Assembly (NCBI GenBank): GCA_905178155.1
Contig: CAJINV010000004.1
Coordinates: 8,832,411-8,896,410 of the forward strand
DNA length: 64,000 nt
Direction: 5' to 3'
From: Amoebophrya sp. A120
Lineage: Eukaryota; Protista; Dinoflagellata
A program made the translations under genes and the position numbers. The notes under the pieces are model-generated. The model saw only the letters and a program-made list of their open reading frames with translations, did not search any database and was not told the DNA's origin. Positions 48,598 through 60,937 of this stretch are shown in pieces; within the stretch, counting starts at the first letter, position 1; the number at the start of each line of letters is the position of its first letter.

Positions 48598-49622
48598 AAA
48601 TTTGGTGGTAGCTTGGTTGATCAGGATGACAAATTTGGCTCTGGTGATGTACAAAGAGGTTTTTCTTCAGGGATACTTACTTGTATGATGTGATCGCTCT
48701 ATCGCAACTTAAATTTCGACGTTGTCACACTGTACGGCTGGCAATTAGCAGTAGTTCAGGACTGGGAGAATGAAAGAGAAAATATAAGAATTGGACCGCA
48801 GATTCAGATACTAGTACCCGCTAGTTACTTTGCAGATGAAATAAAATCGTTGTACTTGATCGTGCTAGAGGGCGTTCACCACCAGCGTTTCTTTGTTCAT
48901 CGTTTGTCGTGTTCGTCTTCGTTCTACCGTCGTTCAAAGAAGTCGCTCGCAATCGGTATCGCATTTTTTTTTCGTTCTTAGACGACGTGGTGTGTTTATC
49001 GAGGAAAACAAAATCGTACAGTCGTGCAGGGCCATCAAAATCCCAAGAAAAGTGAGTGCGGTAGTACTTCTCTAGCAAGAAAGTGGTATCAGATTTCAGA
49101 CGAGTCGGTTGCATCTTTTCCACGACATAGGAAATGACGGCTTCGTATTATCATACCTGGTTTTTTCCCAACTCGAATCATTGAACAGGACCTCATTCAG
49201 GACTAGACATTCGTAGCTTAAGTACGTAGAGTAGACCTCCGTTTTTATTCTCAGTCAGAACAGTCGTCTACGTCTTCCTCTTCTTCAGGGTGTTGCTTGA
49301 TTATTTTTACTGGGTGTTGCTACTCCCTTTGCTGATAGACCTCATCGTACGGGTATGTGACTAGGCGTATGTATTTGTATTCTAAAGAGGAATCGAATGC
49401 AGATAATGCGCTTCTAGGATAGGCACGTCACACAACTGTACGTCGACCCCGGTTGGGGGTTTTGCGTCACCTGCTGTGCGGCAACCGCGGTTTCAGTTTC
49501 TGGTGTCCTCGTCTGCGGCAATCATGCACGCGACAAAAACGCGCGTAGCCGTAGGTCATCGAGTGTAGTAACTCGGCAAGGAAGTAGTAGTGCTGAAGAA
49601 GAAGCAGCCAACGCACCACAAA

Positions 49623-52600
49623 ATGGCGTGCTGTGGTTGTTTCCGCGGGGGAGCTGCAAAAAAATCCCAGCAAGAAGTCGAGGAAGAGAACCAGTGGAAA
49701 GAACAACTTTTCTACGAACTGCAGCAGTCCACTGAAAACGCCCGGGAATCGCAAAAACAGCTGCAGCAAGTGGCGAACGAGGTGCAAGCGCTGAGCCAGC
49801 GGGTCAGCAGTGGAGGTGGTTCTCAAGGAGCAGGGGAGAATCATGGTGGCGTTGACGATTTATTTTCCGGCAGACCGACGGGTCATGGTGATGGTGGACA
49901 ACTCTCGTCGTCGTCCGCACCAGGTGGTACCACAACTCGACTCGCAGCAGATTCTGTCGCTGAGGCGAGACTGGAGGACATGCTTGGCGAGCTGTTGAAG
50001 AGATTGTCGTCCTCGAAGGGCCGGAGCCGTGTTTCTGATGGGGACAGAGCTACGAAAAGATCCAAAGCGGGCACCACGACGAGCGGGCCCTCTAAAGAGG
50101 ATGTAGTGGGGAACAAGCAAGATGGGAATGATGACGCGGTAGAGATAATAGACGAAACGTCCCTGAGCAAGGCAAGCAGCAGTTCTACTTCCAGCTCCGC
50201 GACAGATGACAAGAAGGGCCTCAAACAAGCCGGTAGTCTTCAAAATGCTGGTGACAACATTAAGAAGGAAAAGAAGATAAAAACGGTACAACAGAGAGTC
50301 AAGGCGCTCTTCTCGGCGGCCGGGAGATTGAAGAAAGGAACACAGGACAAACGAAAGTCGGCGGTTCAAGCTGAGATTGAAAGGGGAAAAGTGAAAGAGA
50401 ACGTGGGGAAGTTTGAGGACAAAATCGTGGGAGCTGCTGCGAAGAAGAAAGGAGATGGAAAAGTGGGTACTAGTACTACTGTGGTTCCAACTGCTAGTAC
50501 AATAACCCCAAGAACACAAGTAGAGAAAGCAGAAGAAGCAGACGATGACGTCGAAGCAAGTGGAGGAGCTCTTGCAGAATTAGCGGAAGTAGACACCAAA
50601 ACCGCCGTGCCAGTAGGGCCCAAAGGCAAGGTCAGAGAACACATCGGGCTATTTCAGGACAAAATCGCAGAACAGCAATTAAGCCCAAGAGGAGATCCAA
50701 TCGAGAAAAGGTCCTCTCCTCGCAAGAATATCAAACCCAAGCCATTCCTTTCTCGCCAATCTGCTACCATCGTCGACGTGCAGTCGAAAAACCTCAGCCA
50801 TGCGCCGTTGGTCGACGAGCTCCAGCGACTGCTGAAGCGAAGGCAGGAGAAGATGACGCGAGAGAAACTTCGGCTCTCTTCAGTCGATATCAAAGGGGAC
50901 GAGGCGGTTAGCACTACTATCGAGGTGAAAAGCCGCGACTACGGGACCAGACACAGCAGTCAAAGGCACAGCAGTGCAGTCGTTTGCGACGTCAGCTTCG
51001 GGCAGGGTCAGTTCGACATTGAGCCAGATCAGGAGATGTACCGACGGATTATAGCTGCTGGTGGTGCAGCACACGGGACAAGCAAGCACGTTCCGATTCA
51101 CCTGCATCTACCGCATTCTTCGCATAAGCAAGTGGAGAAGAAAAGCGTGGAGCAGGAGCCGGTTGAAGACGTGACATTATCAAGCGACGAGAAGCTGCCA
51201 TCTGTGAGAAAAACAGCAAGCGCGGTCGTCGCTAGCGGTGTTGTGCCGGAAACGGTTGCGGGTGCACAAAAAGAAGTTGTGAAACAGATGCGGAACACGT
51301 TGGAAAGAGGAAGTCCTCGTGCAGGAGGAGCTCCAGGCGCAGCGATCATATCTTCTACCCCGCAGGAGGATAGTATCAGTCCCAGGTCACCGGACACTCA
51401 CTTACCCGTTTCGGCAAGGCAAGCACCACACGAAAAGCCTGCTGCAACATTATCGCCCAGAGTGGTGGTTCGGAATAAAAAGGATGGGTTTTTATCTCCG
51501 CGCGACTTCGTTGACGCGAAAGTTATCACGACCGCAAGGACCTCTACCTCACCTAGATCCGCCACCTCCGCCGAAACGCCGAAAACCAACATAGAAACGA
51601 CGGAATCGTCCCCGGCCGAGTCGTCCACGGATTCGGATGTTGTGCTTGACTTGACGACTGGCATGGGCCAGATTGACGCAGTACAGCAGGAGCATTTCTA
51701 CGACGTCGATGATGACGATTTGAATTGCGACATTGACGCCACAAAGTCCAGACCGAAGTTTTTACCCGAACTCGGAGATAAACTGCGTGCTTCTTCGGTT
51801 GTTTCTATAGAGAGCCCGCGGGTCAGCATGGTGTTGGGGGAAGTGGTTTTGCCCGGCGGAAGAGCAGAAGATGATCCGCCTGCGGCGGAGGTTTTCGAAG
51901 GTACGCCGCGGACCATGTCGTTGGATCTAGATTTGTTTACGACCAAATCCGATATCATTCAGGCGGCGAGAAAGAACCAAACGCTCGCGACCGCGGGGAG
52001 GTATGGTGGTATCAAACCACCAGTGAGTGCGTTATCGTCTCCTAAGCGACCAGGTGGCTTGACGTCAACAACGCCCAGAACAACTGGTGCAGCAGCTCCG
52101 GGTCGTGGCGTTGTTGCTGGCATCAAGCTGCGCTTGACGAAACAGCCCAAGGTGGCTGCGGGGATGAAACAGCCCAACACAGGTGTGGAGGTTTTTTCCG
52201 TGTCGGAGCAGGAACGTCGGCTACAGGCAGTTCCGAAAAGTGGCAAGTCCGTCCGAGAAATGGCAGCTTCGCTTGCGGATCGGATGAGAATGTCGGACGA
52301 AGTTAATAGCGTGTCGTCGACGGGATCGACACATCAACCAAAGACCACCGCGACCCAAATAAAACCAGCGGGTTCGAAAGCGAAGCCTTTTATCAGTCCA
52401 AAGCGTCCTTCAGCTGTTAGTACACGAAAGCCTTCTACGGCGAAAGTCACAGCTGCACCAGTGAAACCGCCACCGGTAGTCCAGGCGATAGACGCAGATA
52501 AAGAACAAGCAGATGAAATTCTGTCTTTACAGGCACCGGAATCCTCAATCGATACACAATCAGAACTCGCTGGACCTCCGGCAGATAATTACAGTGCGTC

Positions 52601-53441
52601 CGTCTTTGCCAAAAGGCCGAAACACCAAGCTCCGGCTCCTGAAAAGGCAATACGAGAAGAAGTGGACAAGGACAACAAGTCCGGCTCTACTTCCTCAGGA
52701 AGCGAAACTATAGCCATGGCCCAACTGGCAGAGAAGCTTACGAAAGAAGATGAAAACAGATTTGACGTGGATTTTCACGTTGAGCACGACGTGGCCACGT
52801 TGAGCACGACACGCTTGCCTCTGGCAGCCGGCCGAGCCGGTCAAGACGCTGACAACGCCTCCTCTGCCTCGTCCGTCGGAGAAAAATTGCGAAAATTGCT
52901 GCATCAGGGTGCGGAAGATCTTCCGGAAGGCGGGACTACCGAGGAGGACATCGGTTCAGACGCGGAGGTGCAGAGCGTGCAGGTGGACCTGGATCCGGAT
53001 TATGACCAGCACGAAGAAGCACTAGCGCCAAGAGGGAAGCAGGCGATGGAAACTACACGACGTAGCAGTACTACTGGTAGAAGTAGAAGAAGCGAACAAG
53101 AAAATAAGCGAGGGAAGAAATCTACACGAGAAGGTACTTCTAGCGGCCCCGCACCAGCACAGCCGCCCAATCATGAAATGGTTCTCCAAATGAATCTGGA
53201 CGCCTTCGCCTTGCGCAGCAGTATGGCGACCACGCATGTTGGTATTACCACCGACGACGCTACTTCTGAGGGAAATGGTATGGAAACGCCACCGGAAAGC
53301 GCTAGAGGTGAGGTGGACTTTTTCTCCCCGCGGGCAGGAGACGGGGGCTTCCTGTTCGGGCCAGATCTGCTTTCGGACATCGTGGATCGGAAAACATTGG
53401 AACAGATCGAGCACGGGCATAGACCTCGTACTCGGAACTGA
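49623..53441 (+). CDS. Large intronless low-complexity protein with Cys-rich N-terminus (MACCGCF) and many SPR/TPR sites
   Basis: Uninterrupted ORF of about 1270 aa; N-terminal coiled coil. Confidence 0.8.
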   Translation: MACCGCFRGGAAKKSQQEVEEENQWKEQLFYELQQSTENARESQKQLQQVANEVQALSQRVSSGGGSQGAGENHGGVDDLFSGRPTGHGDGGQLSSSSAPGGTTTRLAADSVAEARLEDMLGELLKRLSSSKGRSRVSDGDRATKRSKAGTTTSGPSKEDVVGNKQDGNDDAVEIIDETSLSKASSSSTSSSATDDKKGLKQAGSLQNAGDNIKKEKKIKTVQQRVKALFSAAGRLKKGTQDKRKSAVQAEIERGKVKENVGKFEDKIVGAAAKKKGDGKVGTSTTVVPTASTITPRTQVEKAEEADDDVEASGGALAELAEVDTKTAVPVGPKGKVREHIGLFQDKIAEQQLSPRGDPIEKRSSPRKNIKPKPFLSRQSATIVDVQSKNLSHAPLVDELQRLLKRRQEKMTREKLRLSSVDIKGDEAVSTTIEVKSRDYGTRHSSQRHSSAVVCDVSFGQGQFDIEPDQEMYRRIIAAGGAAHGTSKHVPIHLHLPHSSHKQVEKKSVEQEPVEDVTLSSDEKLPSVRKTASAVVASGVVPETVAGAQKEVVKQMRNTLERGSPRAGGAPGAAIISSTPQEDSISPRSPDTHLPVSARQAPHEKPAATLSPRVVVRNKKDGFLSPRDFVDAKVITTARTSTSPRSATSAETPKTNIETTESSPAESSTDSDVVLDLTTGMGQIDAVQQEHFYDVDDDDLNCDIDATKSRPKFLPELGDKLRASSVVSIESPRVSMVLGEVVLPGGRAEDDPPAAEVFEGTPRTMSLDLDLFTTKSDIIQAARKNQTLATAGRYGGIKPPVSALSSPKRPGGLTSTTPRTTGAAAPGRGVVAGIKLRLTKQPKVAAGMKQPNTGVEVFSVSEQERRLQAVPKSGKSVREMAASLADRMRMSDEVNSVSSTGSTHQPKTTATQIKPAGSKAKPFISPKRPSAVSTRKPSTAKVTAAPVKPPPVVQAIDADKEQADEILSLQAPESSIDTQSELAGPPADNYSASVFAKRPKHQAPAPEKAIREEVDKDNKSGSTSSGSETIAMAQLAEKLTKEDENRFDVDFHVEHDVATLSTTRLPLAAGRAGQDADNASSASSVGEKLRKLLHQGAEDLPEGGTTEEDIGSDAEVQSVQVDLDPDYDQHEEALAPRGKQAMETTRRSSTTGRSRRSEQENKRGKKSTREGTSSGPAPAQPPNHEMVLQMNLDAFALRSSMATTHVGITTDDATSEGNGMETPPESARGEVDFFSPRAGDGGFLFGPDLLSDIVDRKTLEQIEHGHRPRTRN

Positions 53442-54127
53442 GTTCTTCGGGATGTTGGTGCTCATTTTGATAGTAGCAGTAAGCTGAAATTTTTTAGGAC
53501 AATTGGTGTCTGCTTTACTTCAATATAGGACAATCTGAAGACTTAGACTGCGCGACAGACTGTGAGTCTTGTTTGGCGCAAAAAACAACGCGGCAAAGCA
53601 CGAGAAGTGACGTCATCGTGTTCTTTAGTCTCATTACATTTTCGGTATAAGTCTTTGTATGTTGCAACAGGAAAGCAACGCCGCGCTCCTTGTTCTGGTC
53701 ACCACGAGGATCGTCAGTAGAATGCACCACTGGTTAGAAGTATTTCTACCGCAAAAGAAAAGGCTCATGCTGATGACAGACGATCATGCACCAGGTCTAG
53801 ATTTTGATGTTGTGACGCTCGAACCAAGGATCCTTCACTTGCAGCATTTGCAAGCTTTTTTTTTTCTAGGATGCAAGTAGTTGGAAATCTTCATGAGCAG
53901 CGATGAACAACACATCATTTTTCGGCAACAAAAAGTACTAAGTAGAACACACCAGCATAGGCGTGCTGGGAGTATTTTCCTCGCCAGAGTAAACTTTTTT
54001 TGTCCACCGACTAGAACCCCTCCTGGCAGTGGGACTCCAAAAAAACCTTTTTGTGATTCGTATAACCCATAATTTGGCCGATTGACATTGAAGCAGCTGA
54101 TCTGAAACTAGCTACCTTTCCTACAAA

Positions 54128-56028
54128 ATGGTCGTGACCCGTTCCCCCCTCCACCCCCGAACGCTCGCGAAGGCGCTGACTGTCCTCGCACTCACGACTA
54201 CTCAGCACCTGGTAGATGCGAAGAAGAAGGGGAACAAGAAGAAAAATGCGAAACCCAGCTACTCAGAAGATAACATACCACCCGGCGGCGCGAACTACGA
54301 CGACATTCTTGGCGGTGGGGGAAAGGGAGGACTTGGGGGCCTCGGCGGACTCGGCGGAGACGACGGGTATGGGGATTTGTTCAAGCCAGAAACCAACTGC
54401 CCAGTTTTCACGTGCCCAAAAGGACAGAAGCCGGTGCAGAAGGGTGGGAGTAAAAAGAAGGACTTCCCGGTGGTTTACGGTTGCGACGCGAGTTCCTTTG
54501 ACATGATGATGATGCTGGATCCGAGTAATCTAAACGGCGCGAAAAAGGGGGGAACCAGGGAAAAATTGTGGAAGGTATAATAAAGTAGAGCTGCTGCAAA
54601 TTGTTAGTGCAATTGGAGGTTGCGATCATGCATGATTGACAAAACACAACTCATACTATGCCTGATGCTTTTTCCGCATCGCGATCTCATACACTACGAA
54701 AAATTATCAGTGTTGTGTCGGGCGGGACATCGGACAGCAAACTTGCGTATCAAATGCAAAAATGTCTGGGTCTGGAAGAATGCAAGTTTGTCATGCTTGT
54801 CTGGCATGACTCGAGAATCTGTGTTGCATAGCCACGAAGAGGCCCTCTTACCTGTCATGCAAAAACGCAGTTTGCCATGCGGAATACGTAAGACATGGCA
54901 GCCAAAAAATTCGTCATGCGTAGCTGCGTATTGCAGTGCGTTTATCATTCACTTTCAGCATTACAAGTTTCCAGACCGAGACATATTTGCAATCCATATT
55001 GCGGCAGAACGAAGAAAGAGATAGAGGACGACTTTGGCACATGTACAAACAAGAAATGCAAGGGAGATAAGAACTGCAAAATGAACGCACAATTCGGTTC
55101 CATGATGTCCGGGGGAATCAGTGGCGACAAATGCGACGAGTATAGGGATATTTAAACAACTACGTGAATTTAAATTTTTTTCTATTTTGTCATGCGGTGC
55201 ATGCACGAGCACGAATCTTCTGAGCAGTGTGTCAATCAATCTGTGTAGCTGCATCATGTTTAATACATATACAACATTATCATCCAGGTACAACAAATCC
55301 CAAGCAGCGAACTGCGAGTGCGTTCCGGAGGATGACACGCAAGACTCCTTCAAAAAAGCTTTGAAGGGTTTCTACGGGATTTTTGCAAAAGAGAAACTGC
55401 CGAAGGACGGCGGCGAAATCGACGACCAGTGGATGTCCGAAACGGTGTACAAAAGCTTCAAGAAGGGACAAGAGCCGAAGATCTGGTAATTTTTGATTAA
55501 AAACTTGACAAAATTGACACGAATGGAAACGAAGTAGTACCACAGCATGACAAAGAATAAGAAAAACACTTCTTTTGGGTGGAAAAATTTCTGCATTTGA
55601 CAAAAAACTCCTTAAAAACAGGAACGCTCTGTTCACAAAATACTCCTCCAATCTCCGGCACGAGGACAAGCCGAAGCCAAAATACGACTACCCGCCCCCC
55701 ATGGACGAGGACCTGCCGGATATGAAAACCTCCAGTAGTTCTGCGGATGCGAAGAAAAACACAGAAAAACCGGCAAAAACCTCCAGCACATATGAACTGC
55801 AAAAGTATCGTACTCGTAGAAATGCATGACAAATTCCCTCAGCGTGAGAAATATAATTTGTCATGCGGATTTAGCTTGAGACGAAAATTTGTAATGCATG
55901 ATTGCGATTACTACGAGTGCGATACTTTTGCACAGGATAGCACAACCACCACCACGATGCCCGGGGATGACGACTTTGGGGCGACGCTTGGGGGGGACGA
56001 AGAACTAGTCGAAGATGTGGAGTTGTAA
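54128..56028 (+). CDS. Secreted group XII phospholipase A2-like protein (probably inactive)
   Basis: Signal peptide; CPVFTCPKG..VYGC..KCCVGRDIGQQTCGRTK..F..C...C..YNKSQAANCEC pattern; GT-AG introns 54575-54710, 55140-55287 and ~55487-55621; ends EDVEL. Confidence 0.75.
54748..54998. mobile_element. Introner-like element, family A
   Basis: DR ttgcg. Confidence 0.9.
55791..55939. mobile_element. Introner-like element, family C
   Basis: DR gcaca. Confidence 0.9.
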
Positions 56029-56719
56029 AACCGCGCGGGAGAGGTTTACGTATCAAGAAATCGCACTGGGACGAGTTATAAAGCGATCTTCTTCTCTTTG
56101 AGGGTGATGAGCTCGAAAAATCCTATAACGACTTTACACTTACATCTAAAAGATGAGCGAAGTAGAACTTACATCAACATAGATACGGGACAAAAGCTAC
56201 TACATCTAGTGACACACAGATACAATTACCGAAGATCTCTTTCGTTTTGAGATCTGCGACGCGAGCGGTAATTTTGTTTTTGACCGGTTATAATCTCGAC
56301 ACAGACCTGCTTTGACATCAAAAATGCGACATCAATTATAAGCCTGTGGGCATTTTTCCTCGGCGCATAAGATGGAGAAAGTGTCAGACTTGTTCCCAGC
56401 TACGGACAAAAAGTATTTTCCTAGGAAAGACTACCGAGGCCGCCCCCATTGATGTTCCAAGAATGCTGTATGTTTACTTTCTAGCAAGCGAGTTGTCTGT
56501 AGCTGCACTGAGTCGCTTTCATCGCGTTCTAGCGTCTGCTTCGTACAACTGAAAGTCACACCAACGATCAGCATTTTTCTTGAGTGGAGGCAGCGAACGA
56601 AAGAATATGCTTATTTCTCTGTTTTCTTCTTGTGATAGCATTTTGTACCGTAGGTCCTATTTTAGGTATGCCCTTACTACACGACCAGGTCGGTTATATC
56701 TAGCCGAACAAAATCAAAG

Positions 56720-59700
56720 ATGGAGCCCTCCAGAAACACCCCCTCCTCCACCTCCTCCTCCGCCGCCGCGCCACCGCCTCCGGAGCCAAAATGGGTCGTA
56801 TCAAGTGCAAAAATGTCTGGGTCTGGAAGATTTCTAGATTTGCCATGCATATTTTCCATGAGCAATGATGTCTGTAATACATGCCGCAGCATCACAAATT
56901 TTTAGAGGGCTTTGTGATACCTCTACCGCATGAGAAATGCCGTCTCCGCGTAGGACAAACCCGACCCCTATCCTTGCTGGTCATGCAATACAAATTTTTT
57001 TTAGAATCCACAGACAGCATCACAAGTTGTGACCTTCCAGACCCAGACATTTTTGCAGTTGATAGGTCGCGAAGATGAGCAATTTTGCGATCCAATACAA
57101 CCTCACCTGTGCCTCTGCCGCACTCGCTGTGATAAGAGATGCAAACGCTAATATCAATCCGAGCGAGACTCCACCGCCCGGGGCGATTCCCGCAGAGCCC
57201 GCCTGGGCGTCCCAATTCCTTCTCGCCGCTGTCTTCGCCGGGACGCTGGTCGGGATGCTCACGATGGGCTACCTAGGCGACAAACTCGGAATCCAGACGG
57301 CTATGATCTTGACCCAGGGCATCACCGTGCTCGCCGCCTTTTGCAACGTCTTTGTTGCGCCGTTGTGGCTCGGGAATGGGGGCGGGGAAGGACCGGTGGT
57401 GGAAAGGAGCGGAACACCAGCAACATCAAGTTTTGACCCGGTACTACAAACGCATCCTCAAGCCGGCGCGGAGGGATTCTATTCCGGTTTCGTTTTCGCG
57501 AGGTTCTTCCTAGGCGTCGGTGTTGGCGGGATGTACCCACTCTCCGCTGCGAGTTCCGTTGCTTCGATGAGCACAACTACCGCCTCAAATAACGAAATAA
57601 ACCCTCCTGATGAACCGCGCACCAACTACCCCTCCGCGATTGCGAAGCAGGCCGGGAAAGCGTTTCTGTGGCAGACGCCGGGCGTGATTGCGCCGTACCT
57701 GGTGACGTTGCTGGTCTGCGATAGCGCGATCGACAGCAGCGGGGGTGCAGCGATTAGTACTTCGAAGAACTGTATCAAAGAAAAAAAGTTCGTCACGATC
57801 ACTCATGCGCATTCTTGCAATACAAAATTGTTTGTCATGCGTAAAAATGCATCACAGCCAAACTTTATTAGGGATCTCCCTAGTGTTTCTGCAATACAAG
57901 GAAAGTTTGTGATGCTGAGAAAACTTCTAATGCAAAACCTGCAAGTTAGTGACTGTGACAAACTTTTTTCTCTCCATAAACTGGTCTGTTCTGTCCCAGT
58001 TCCAGACTATTGTCGGACTGGGGATGGTGCCCTGCTGTCTGGTGCTCGGGAGGCACTGCTACGCGGTTTGGGCCGTCGGTGGGAGAAGAGGGAATACTGC
58101 AACAGGGAGCGTGAGGACGGTGGGTACTGCAACTGCTGGTGCAGCGCAGCAAGTGCAACCACGACCAGCGGGCCTCGAGATAGCACGCGATGTGGAGCTC
58201 GGGCATTCAAACTTATGGAAGTGAAGAAAAAGTAGTATGTTGACAGGGTTTTTGTCATGCTGAAGCTGAGTGAACTGTTGTGTCGAGGAAAATAGAGGAG
58301 CGAAAACGCCAGATACACTGAGGAACAAAAATAATCATGACGCATTATAAATATATCCTGTTACAACGCTACACGTTCACTAGCATATGGCACGCTTTCA
58401 GCATCTTCAGCAGCTGCAAACGCGCGAGGACGTGATCAGCAGCGCCAACAAGGAGCAGTGTACAATCCGAATCTGCGGGAGGAGCTGTTGTCCACAAGTG
58501 CAGCGGGGGCCCATGCACACCAGTCGCAGTCGGGTAGTAGATCGGTTCTTCAGTCACCTTCAGGCAGTTCCTCGTCCAGCAGCATGGACAAAAGGCTTCT
58601 CCTTCTCCTGATCGGCAGCGGCGGCACCTGGTTTCTGTTCGACGTTAGCTTTTTATGAGAGTGCACAACCTGCCCCCTCATTTGTATGGCATGAAAAGCA
58701 ATACAAACAGCACCATACGTGGAGCCTGTGCATGACAAACTCATGTGCCGAATGTAGTACTGTTTGGGCTCCCAGAATCTGTCATGCAAACAGTACCACA
58801 GGGATGCACTTGAATTTGGGATTTTGCATGACAAACGAGGGGGAGGGAGAGTTGTGCACTGTTATACTTTTACGGCACATCCGTCTTCGCTCCGTTCATC
58901 ATCGTATGAAAGTGCACAACCCCGCCCCCTCCCCCTCATTTGTATTGCATGAACAGCAATACAAGCGTCAGCAAGAATACAGGTTTTGCATGACAAATTT
59001 GCACTGGATTGTGGTGCTCTTTGGGCTTCCAGGATTTGTCATGCAAACAGTGCTACAAGGCAGCAGCTGGATTTGGAATTTTGCATGACAAATGAGGGGG
59101 AGGGGGAGTTGTGCACTGTCATACATCGAAAAGATTCTCCCACAGGCATCCCTTCAAGCGGTCTGCTGGCAAACGGTGTTGTCGAATCTGGTCGGCGTGG
59201 TTGGTTCCCTCCTCTCGGTCGCGCACGTAAGCAGTACCAGCTGCCGACAGGGACTGAGGCTCGGGTTTGTGCTTTTAGCGACGGCTTTTTTTCTCTTCTC
59301 CGTCGTTGAGCATTTCAAGATCGAGCTGCCGCCACTTGTTTCTGGGGATCCGAAGAAAACGGAGGGGTTACTGGCGCTGATCCTCTATTACGTGCTGCTT
59401 GTTTGCTGCAACTTCGGCCCGAACGTCGCAACCTACGTCTTGCCCATGGTGTGCTTCCCGAAAGAGTCGCGCGTGACGTACCACGGCCGGTCAGCCGCGT
59501 GCGGGAAAGCGGGGGCCTTTCTGGGGACGCTGGTCTACCCGTTGTGTTTGCCGGTCGTGGGTGTGCCGGGGATCATGGGGATTCAAGCGGTTGTGAGCTT
59601 CCTGGGGTACGTTATTGCGGAACTGTTTGTGGGCGAAGGGGAGGGAGGTGGTGAACAGACCGGGAGTGGTGCTCCTGCGCGAGATGTAGCACTTGTATCA

Positions 59701-59979
59701 CGAGACAGCCGTGGTGGACAACAGCGGGCGCAGCTTCCGCTTTCTACGACGGCGCATAGTGCGACGGCTGCTGGCTCGGCAGCCGCGGGATCAATTTCTT
59801 CTACTCCCGCCTCCAGCACCGGTGTGCAGCATCTCGGTTCTGACTCAGGTGTTAGCCTGACCGCGAGTCTCATGGCGGACGGGAAGGATCAGCCACTGTC
59901 GACAACTGGGAGTGTCATCAGCCCGGACGATGACAGCACGTCGCTGGCGTCGTTTGCGAGCGGGTCGAACTCGCGGTGA
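56720..59979 (+). CDS. MFS inorganic phosphate:H+ symporter (PHO84/PHT1-like)
   Basis: GYLGDKLG, RFFLGVGVGGMYPLSA, WFLFDVSFYG, NFGPN..FP..RVTYHGRSAACGKAGA; 4 elements and one GT-AG intron. Confidence 0.88.
56799..57064. mobile_element. Introner-like element, family A
   Basis: DR ggtcg. Confidence 0.9.
57773..57978. mobile_element. Introner-like element, family E-like
   Basis: TATCAAAGAAAAAAAGTT / AACTTTTTTCTCTCCATA; DR aactg. Confidence 0.85.
58654..58866. mobile_element. Introner-like element, family D
   Basis: DR ctttt; removal gives DVSFYG. Confidence 0.92.
58905..59123. mobile_element. Introner-like element, family D
   Basis: DR catcg. Confidence 0.92.
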
Positions 59980-60937
59980 ATCGGCGGTGATGGTGCAGCT
60001 TGCGTGTTGCGGCGAGTCTCGGGTAGTACACTAGCTACAACGCCCAAATTGTGACGATACAGTACAAAATTATGATTTTTTGGTAGTTTTTGGTCTTACA
60101 TGAACTTTCACACGAGATCGCCTCTTGTCCTATATTATAAGAAGGCTGATTAGAAAGAAACACAACTGTAGTTGAAAGCTACATAACACGCTGCAGAAAG
60201 TACTCGAACCAGCATGAACGCGGAAAGCGACAGTCATATTCTTGTGTCGATACGCACTGTGGTGCGCGGCAGGGGCAGCGCAATCTAGGACTACAAGTTT
60301 GAGTGGAAACTGTTGTAGCCGACATGTGTGTGCAGCTATTTCGTTTTCGAAAATGCTGAAAGAAATACAATCGGTGCAAAAGCCTGGGGTGCTGTTCGTG
60401 ATACAGCGAATGCAAGTTCGGTTTGTACTTGTAACTGCTCCTATTCCGTGTTTTTTTCGCTTCTGCTTGCCAAAACAGAAATTGCAATCGGTCGAAACCC
60501 GAACTCAAAATTGTGCTGTAATTATTTCGGGCATTACGTGTCGCAACAGCTGCTGTGCCGCATTCGTCAATTTCGGTCAAAAAGTCATCATCGGTCCTAG
60601 GCACGACGTGTCGTGGATTACTAACTTATGTCTACCACTTTTTTCGTGAACAAAATTTTACGTCAGATCCTCATGTTCCCAAGCCATACCCCGATTATGT
60701 TTTCATTACGTTGATGCCCATTTCGTCTTTTTCTACCCCATATCCACTGCAGAACCCGACTCTATTATGTTTTTCTGCATTAACGTTTCAAACAGCTTTT
60801 TTTTTCGTACGAATGCGTGCAACTAAACCTCTCGGTTGCACAATGACCTGCATGACGGGGCGGCCTCGCTAGGGTCTGATAGCGAGCGAGCCCCGATAGG
60901 CTATTTCTTGCGATCAAGAAAAAGAACCACATCAACC

